NCBI GenBank assembly: GCA_040218735.1
Contig: JAVJQW010000023.1
Coordinates: 32,001 to 96,000 of the forward strand
Direction: 5' to 3'
Length of the DNA: 64,000 nucleotides
Source: Deltaproteobacteria bacterium
GTDB lineage: Bacteria; Myxococcota; Kuafuiibacteriia; Kuafuiibacteriales; Kuafuiibacteriaceae
The translations under genes and the position numbers were made by a program. The number at the start of each line of letters is the position of its first letter. Position 1 is the stretch's first letter. The notes under the pieces are model-generated. The model made no database searches. It saw only the letters and a list, made by a program, of their open reading frames with translations, and was not told the DNA's origin. Positions 58,581 through 64,000 of the stretch are shown piece after piece.

Positions 58581-59285
58581 ATGCCGCCGAACGCCGACGA
58601 CGCCCGCACCGACGCCACCGTCGTGACCCGCCGACTCCGCGCGGAGATCGTGGAGGGGGTGGTCCCCCCGGGGTCGAAGCTGAAGCTCGTCCCCCTCGCG
58701 CAGCGCTACCAAGTCGGACGTGGCCCGCTCCGCGAGGCCGCCTGTCGGCTCGCGGCGGAGGGGTTGGTGCTGATCGAGGACCAGCGCGGTTTCCGCGTCG
58801 CCCCCATCTCCCGCACGGACCTCATCGACGTGACGCGCACCCGCCAGCGGATCGAGGCGCTCGCGCTCCGTGACGCGATCCTACACGGCGACGACGAGTG
58901 GGAGGGCAAGGTCCTGGCCGCGCTCCACGTGCTGGAGCGCGTGTCCTCGCCGGACGCTTCGGAGGCGCGCCGCGCCCAGTTCCAAGAGCGGCACCAGGCG
59001 TTCCACGACATCCTTTGCGCACCCGGGCCGTCCGCCTACATCCGGCAGTTCCGCGACACCCTCTACGCGCACAGCGAGCGCTACCGTTGCCTCGCGGCCG
59101 ACCGCTACATCCAGCAGATCACGCACCGCGACATCGCGGCCGAGCACGAAGCCCTCGCTCGCGCCGCGCTCGACCGCGACGCGGACCTGGCGTGCCGACG
59201 CCTCGAGAACCACCTCGAGCGCACCCTGGAGACGCTGCTCGACGGCTACCCGATCCTCTTCGGCGAGGCCGAGGGCGCCGCCTGA
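58581..59285 (+). CDS. GntR family regulator (wHTH + FCD)
   Basis: PGSKL...LAQRYQVGRGPLREA...GLV...RGFRV; FCD His residues FH, EH and NH. Confidence 0.93.
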   Translation: MPPNADDARTDATVVTRRLRAEIVEGVVPPGSKLKLVPLAQRYQVGRGPLREAACRLAAEGLVLIEDQRGFRVAPISRTDLIDVTRTRQRIEALALRDAILHGDDEWEGKVLAALHVLERVSSPDASEARRAQFQERHQAFHDILCAPGPSAYIRQFRDTLYAHSERYRCLAADRYIQQITHRDIAAEHEALARAALDRDADLACRRLENHLERTLETLLDGYPILFGEAEGAA

Positions 59286-59298
59286 GGCGCAGCTCGGA

Positions 59299-59329
59299 AT
59301 TTTGTCGACAAAATATTGGTTTGCCGACA
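59299..59329. promoter_or_regulatory. Putative GntR operator upstream of the YceI gene
   Basis: Perfect 16-bp palindrome ATTTTGTCGACAAAAT (59299-59314), followed by a second site TTTGCCGACA. Confidence 0.7.
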
Positions 59330-59410
59330 CGACGCTTGAGTGCGGACGACGTTGGTGGGAGGCTCCGTCCGTCCCTCATGAGACGACCGTTCCGGGAGAA
59401 CGATTCCAAA

Positions 59411-59992
59411 ATGAAGAAGCAGATCAAGACACAGCTCACCACCCTCGCCCTCGCAAGCGGACTCGCGTTCGCTACCGTCGCCGCGCCGAACGCCGCGACC
59501 GCCGCCGAGTTCGACATCGATTCGGGCCACACGTTCGTGGTCTTCAACGTCGGACACTTCGGCGTCGGCAAGGCCTACGGCATGTTCCTCAAGACGACGG
59601 GGAGCTTCGACACCTCGGCCAACAAACTCGACGTCACCATCGACGCCAACAGCGTCTTCACCGGCGACAAGAAGCGGGACGACCACCTCAAGGGCCCCGA
59701 CTTCTTCAACGCGAAGCAGTTCCCGAAGATCACCTTCAAGAGCAAGAAGGTCGCCGCGAAGGGCAACAAGCTCACGATCACCGGCGACCTCAGCATCAAG
59801 GGCAAGACCCAGAGCGTCACGTTCGAGATGACGAAGATCGGCGAAGGCAAGGATCCCTTCGGCAACATCCGCGCGGGCTACGAAGGCAAGCTGACGATCA
59901 ACCGAATGGACTTCGGCATGAACTACATGCCGGACGGCCTCTCGAAGGACGTCACCCTCGCGCTCGCCGTCGAGGGCATCAAGAAGAAGTAG
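59411..59992 (+). CDS. YceI family periplasmic polyisoprenoid-binding protein
   Basis: Signal peptide; IDSGHT, RDDHLKGPDFF, GDLSIKG and INRMDFG. Confidence 0.92.
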   Translation: MKKQIKTQLTTLALASGLAFATVAAPNAATAAEFDIDSGHTFVVFNVGHFGVGKAYGMFLKTTGSFDTSANKLDVTIDANSVFTGDKKRDDHLKGPDFFNAKQFPKITFKSKKVAAKGNKLTITGDLSIKGKTQSVTFEMTKIGEGKDPFGNIRAGYEGKLTINRMDFGMNYMPDGLSKDVTLALAVEGIKKK

Positions 59993-59996
59993 ACCG

Positions 59997-60899
59997 ATGC
60001 TCCTCGCGCTCGTCCTCTCCGTCGTCGCGCCCGCGGTCGTCGCGGTCGTGCTCCTCGCGGTCGGTCACCGACCTTGGGGAGAGATGAAGGACGGGCGCTG
60101 GTCCCTCGCGCTCGCGATCCCCGCCTGCGCGTTCGCCGCCTACTTCGCCGTGCGCGGCGCCCCCGCCTTCCCGCCGACGGACGCCGGCGTCTGGCCTCTC
60201 TGGATCGGCATCCTCGCCGCGGCCCTCGCCATCCTCGAGTCGAAGGTCGAGTTACCCCGCGTCGCACGCGGCGTGGCGTGGCTCGCACTCGCGTTCGTCA
60301 CCGCGTACCTCGTTTCGCGTCCACGCATCGAGTTCGCGTGGGACACCGGCGGCACCGTCGCGTGGCTCTTCGGCGCGACGCTCGCGATCGCGGTCGTGTG
60401 GGTCGCGCTCGAGGTTCGCGCGGAGCGCGTCACGGGCTCCGCCGTCCCCCTCGCAATGACAATCTGGGGCGCCAGCGTCGCGACGGTGCTCGGCCTCTCC
60501 GGCACGGCGCTCCTCGCGCAGACCGCGGGCGGCGTCGCTGCGGCGCTCGGCGTCGCGACCGCGCTCGGCGTGTGGCGCCAGTCGCTCCCCGTCGCGCGCG
60601 CGATCGTCGGACCGAGCGTGATCGTGCTGGGCGGTCTGTTACTCGGCGGCGTGCACTACGCCGACGTCGGCTTCGCGAGCGTCGGCCTCGTCGTATTCGG
60701 CGCCGTGCTCGTCGGGCTACTCTCCTTGCCCGCGCTCTCCACGGCGGGCCTCCGCACCACCGCCACGCTGGGTATCGTCGTTCTCATCGCGAGCGGCGCC
60801 GCGGTCATGACCACGGTGTGGCCCGCAGACGACGCGGCTGCAGATTCAGCATCCACTGAAGCGAACGACGACTCGGACTACGGCTACGGATACGACTGA
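59997..60899 (+). CDS. Polytopic membrane hypothetical protein
   Basis: About 9-10 hydrophobic segments; acidic tail DDSDYGYGYD; starts 4 nt after the YceI stop. Confidence 0.75.
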   Translation: MLLALVLSVVAPAVVAVVLLAVGHRPWGEMKDGRWSLALAIPACAFAAYFAVRGAPAFPPTDAGVWPLWIGILAAALAILESKVELPRVARGVAWLALAFVTAYLVSRPRIEFAWDTGGTVAWLFGATLAIAVVWVALEVRAERVTGSAVPLAMTIWGASVATVLGLSGTALLAQTAGGVAAALGVATALGVWRQSLPVARAIVGPSVIVLGGLLLGGVHYADVGFASVGLVVFGAVLVGLLSLPALSTAGLRTTATLGIVVLIASGAAVMTTVWPADDAAADSASTEANDDSDYGYGYD

Positions 60900-60994
60900 G
60901 TCCGAAGCTGCTCCGACATTGTCCGTCCCATGTCGCCGACGTAGGCGCGGCGCCGCGTTGCTGCCGCCCAAGGCCCACGCTAGACCCGAACGAC

Positions 60995-63900
60995 GTGGAC
61001 ACGGGAGCGGGCCTGCACCTCACCAAGATGATGCACGAAGTCGTGCGCGAAGATCCCTCGCGCCCACGACTCATCGACGCGACGAGCGGACGTGCGATCA
61101 GCGGCGACGCGCTGTACCAGACGAGCGCGCGCTTCGCGTCGTTGCTCGTGCAGCGCGGGCTCGCCGTCGGCTCCCGCGTGCTCACCTTGCTCCCCGACGG
61201 TGTGGATCTCGTCGCGGTGTACGCCGGCATCTGGCAGGCGGGCGGCGTCCTCGTTCCGCAGCACCCGAACACCCCCGCCGCGCAGCTCACCGAGATGTTC
61301 CGGCTCGTCGCTCCGCGTGTGGTCGTCACCTCTCCCGAGGGTGCGGAGCGCGTGCGCGCGGCCGCCGAGGACGCGCACTTCGAGATCATCGTCCTCACCC
61401 CGCCCGACGCCACGCCCGCGCACCCCACACCCGACGAACGGACGCCGGTGCTCGGTGACTTCTTCGCGCTCATCGAGGACGAGCGTCCCCTCGAGACCTA
61501 CCACGGTGGCGGTGACCTCCTCGCGATCATCGGATTCACCAGCGGATCGACCGGCACGCCGAAGGGCGTCGTTCACGCGCACGACTCGTTGGGGGCCGCG
61601 CAATACTACTTGCGCGACCGCAAGCCGGTGCGAACCGTCTGGGGCTTCCCGCTCGACAGCGTCGGCGGCACCTCGTTGCTCCTGAGTCAGCTCCACACGG
61701 GGTACACGATCTGCTTCCCGAAGAGCCTCAACCCGGTCGACATCCTCGACGCGATCCAGGGCCACCGCTGCAACGTCATCTTCACCGGCCCGACGGTGCT
61801 CTCCGCGATCATCGCGTTCCGCGACGTGGATCGTTACGACCTGTCGACGATGCACCGCTGGGAGTACGCGGGCGGACCGCTCGGCGATCAGCTCGCGCGC
61901 GAGCTCGTCTCGGGCAAGCTCCCCGGACGACTCCACTGCACCTACGGCCTGTCGGAGCTGGTCATCCTGACGCGGACCATCGACAGCGAGCCGCTGAAGA
62001 TCGGCAGCATCGGCCGCCCGTACGGCGAAGGCACCGCCGTGCGCATCGTGAAGACCGACGGCACGGAGGCCGGCGTCGACGAAGTCGGCGAGCTGCTCGC
62101 GCAGGGCCCCTCGCTCTTCCGCGGCTACTACCAACGCCCCGACGAGACCGCCGAGATCATCCAGAACAACTGGCTGCACTCCGGCGACCTGGTCCGGCGC
62201 GACGCGGACGGCGACATCTTCATCGTTGGCCGCATCAAGGACCTGATCATCCGCGGCGGAAAGAACGTCGTCCCCAGCGACGTCGAAGCCGTCGTGCGGA
62301 GGCACCCCGCGGTCCTCGACGTCGCGGTGGTGGGCGTCGAGAACGAGCTCTTGGGCGAAGAGGTCGTCGCGTTCACCGTCCTCAGGCCCGAGACCGAGGA
62401 CGCCGAAAAGACCGTCGCCGAGATCGACGCGCTCTGCGAGGCCGACCTTCACCCCGGCCAACGCCCCCGCGTTCGCCTCCTCGACGAGCTCCCCTCGAAC
62501 GATCGCAACAAGGTCGACAAGTTCGCGCTCAAACGGCTCGGACGTGACGGCTTCGACGCCGGCGAAGAAACCGAGCTCACCGCGACGATCCGCAAGGCGC
62601 CGGCCAAGACTCAGCTCGGCCTCGTCACGCGCGAGGTCCGCCAACTCATCGCGGAGCACCTCGAAGAACCCGAGTCGTCGATCCGTGAAGAGGCGCTCCT
62701 GACCGAGCTGGGGATGGAGTCACGGCACGCCGTGGAGCTCAGCCAACACCTCGGCGCGCGCTTTGGTCTCCGCGTCAACGCGACGTTTGTCTTCAACCAC
62801 CCCACCGTCCACGCGATCTCCACGGAGCTCACGGAGCGCATCACGTCGTCCGCGCGCGTGAAGAAGGCAGCGAAACAAACCGAAGGGCTCGACGACGATC
62901 CCGTCGTCGTGGTCGGCCTCGGCGTGCGCCTCCCCGGCGGCATCGAAAACGAAGACGACTTCTGGCTCGCGCTCCAGACCGCCTCCGATCTGCGGTCGCC
63001 GTTCCCCGAGGATCGTTACGACGTCGCCGCCCTCACCGCGCCCGAGTCCGCGAACGTCGCGACCCGCGGCGGCTTCATCGACGACATCCAAGAGTTCGAC
63101 GCCGGACTGTTCCGCATCAGCCCGATCGAAGCGGCCGCGATGGACCCCAACCAACGCCTGCTCCTCGAGACCTGCTGGGCCGCGCTCGAGAACGCCGGCA
63201 TCGCCCCCGAGCGCCTCGCCGGGACCCGCTCCGGCGCGTTGTTCGGCATCGGCAACCCCGACTTCCTGATGGACTTCCTCCCCTCCCCCGCGTTCGCGGG
63301 CGGCATCGGCGGCATGCACTCGGTCGCCGTGGGACGCATCAGCTTCGTGCTCGGGCTTCGTGGCCTCAGCTTCGCGCTCGACACCGCGTGTTCGTCGGGC
63401 CTCGTTGCATGCCACCTTGCGGCGCGCGCGATCCGGAGCGGCGATCTCGACCTCGCGCTCGTCGGCGGCGTGAACGTCGCGCTCTCCGATCTCCCGTGGC
63501 TCAACCTATCGGCGATGGGTGCGCTCAGCCCGACGAGCCAGTGCCACACCTTCGACGCGTCGGCGGACGGGTACGCGCGCGGCGAGGGCTGCGGCGTCCT
63601 CGTATTGATGCGTCGCTCGAAGGCGATCCGCGACGGCCACACCATCCGCGCCGTCGTGTCCGGCTCCGCGGTCAACCACGACGGCTTCTCCACCGCGATC
63701 ACCGCGCCCAACGGCACCGCGCAGCAGGAGCTGATCGTCGAAGCGCTCACGGACGCCGGCCTCGAACCGAGCGACGTCGGCTACGTCGAAGCCCACGGCA
63801 CCGGGACCCCGCTCGGCGACCCCATCGAGATCGCGGCGATCACGAAGGTCCTCGCCGGGCACTACCGACAGACCGAGCCCCTCCGCATCACCTCGGTGAA

Positions 63901-64000
63901 GACGAACATCGGCCACCTCGAGATGGCCGCCGGAGCGATCGGCCTGATTCGCATCGTGCTGTCCGTCGAGCGCGCGGAGATCACACCGAACGTCGGACTC
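60995..64000 (+). CDS. Type I polyketide synthase, 5' part: acyl-CoA-ligase-like loading domain - ACP - KS (runs off the window)
   Basis: Absent from the ORF track (no stop in the window), so translated by hand: FTSGSTGTPKG, YGLSE, SGD, GRIKD; ACP LGMES; KS DPNQRLLLE, DTACSS, HGTGT, KTNIGH. Start GTG 60995 or ATG 61028. Confidence 0.93.
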   Translation, partial: MDTGAGLHLTKMMHEVVREDPSRPRLIDATSGRAISGDALYQTSARFASLLVQRGLAVGSRVLTLLPDGVDLVAVYAGIWQAGGVLVPQHPNTPAAQLTEMFRLVAPRVVVTSPEGAERVRAAAEDAHFEIIVLTPPDATPAHPTPDERTPVLGDFFALIEDERPLETYHGGGDLLAIIGFTSGSTGTPKGVVHAHDSLGAAQYYLRDRKPVRTVWGFPLDSVGGTSLLLSQLHTGYTICFPKSLNPVDILDAIQGHRCNVIFTGPTVLSAIIAFRDVDRYDLSTMHRWEYAGGPLGDQLARELVSGKLPGRLHCTYGLSELVILTRTIDSEPLKIGSIGRPYGEGTAVRIVKTDGTEAGVDEVGELLAQGPSLFRGYYQRPDETAEIIQNNWLHSGDLVRRDADGDIFIVGRIKDLIIRGGKNVVPSDVEAVVRRHPAVLDVAVVGVENELLGEEVVAFTVLRPETEDAEKTVAEIDALCEADLHPGQRPRVRLLDELPSNDRNKVDKFALKRLGRDGFDAGEETELTATIRKAPAKTQLGLVTREVRQLIAEHLEEPESSIREEALLTELGMESRHAVELSQHLGARFGLRVNATFVFNHPTVHAISTELTERITSSARVKKAAKQTEGLDDDPVVVVGLGVRLPGGIENEDDFWLALQTASDLRSPFPEDRYDVAALTAPESANVATRGGFIDDIQEFDAGLFRISPIEAAAMDPNQRLLLETCWAALENAGIAPERLAGTRSGALFGIGNPDFLMDFLPSPAFAGGIGGMHSVAVGRISFVLGLRGLSFALDTACSSGLVACHLAARAIRSGDLDLALVGGVNVALSDLPWLNLSAMGALSPTSQCHTFDASADGYARGEGCGVLVLMRRSKAIRDGHTIRAVVSGSAVNHDGFSTAITAPNGTAQQELIVEALTDAGLEPSDVGYVEAHGTGTPLGDPIEIAAITKVLAGHYRQTEPLRITSVKTNIGHLEMAAGAIGLIRIVLSVERAEITPNVGL

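Noticed and set aside
1-64000. tRNA, rRNA, IS elements, integrases, prophage or defence genes
   Set aside because: None recognised. Intergenic gaps are short and composition looks uniform, although small structured RNAs could be missed by eye.

Overview
A very GC-rich (roughly 70% by eye), gene-dense bacterial window. Gene content (three Hanks Ser/Thr kinases, many Cys-rich or beta-propeller lipoproteins, MshEN and PilZ proteins, a type I PKS) suggests Myxococcota or a related former delta-proteobacterium; this is an inference. Housekeeping loci are hrcA-grpE-dnaK-asd, xdhAB and dnaE. I found no rRNA, tRNA, CRISPR array or transposase. The standout is 8732-10360 (-), an apparently full-length homologue of eukaryotic PRMT5 (TIM-barrel-like N-terminus, SAM Rossmann fold, beta-barrel). 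Its double-E loop is intact, but the Phe that determines symmetric dimethylation is replaced by Ile. It lies between a lytic transglycosylase and a hybrid histidine kinase, behind a possible sigma28-like promoter. Other notable items: a lipoprotein fusing a PGRP-type amidase to two bulb-type lectin domains; an uncharacterised GntR-controlled FAH-VOC-deacetylase-MetE-like catabolic operon with a visible shared operator; the start of a CoA-ligase/ACP/KS PKS; a ~45 aa insertion in DnaE; and several junctions where stop or start codons appear lost (6872-6884, ~49380, possibly 53654), which may be real lesions or sequence errors. All assignments come from motif recognition by eye and none was checked against a database.
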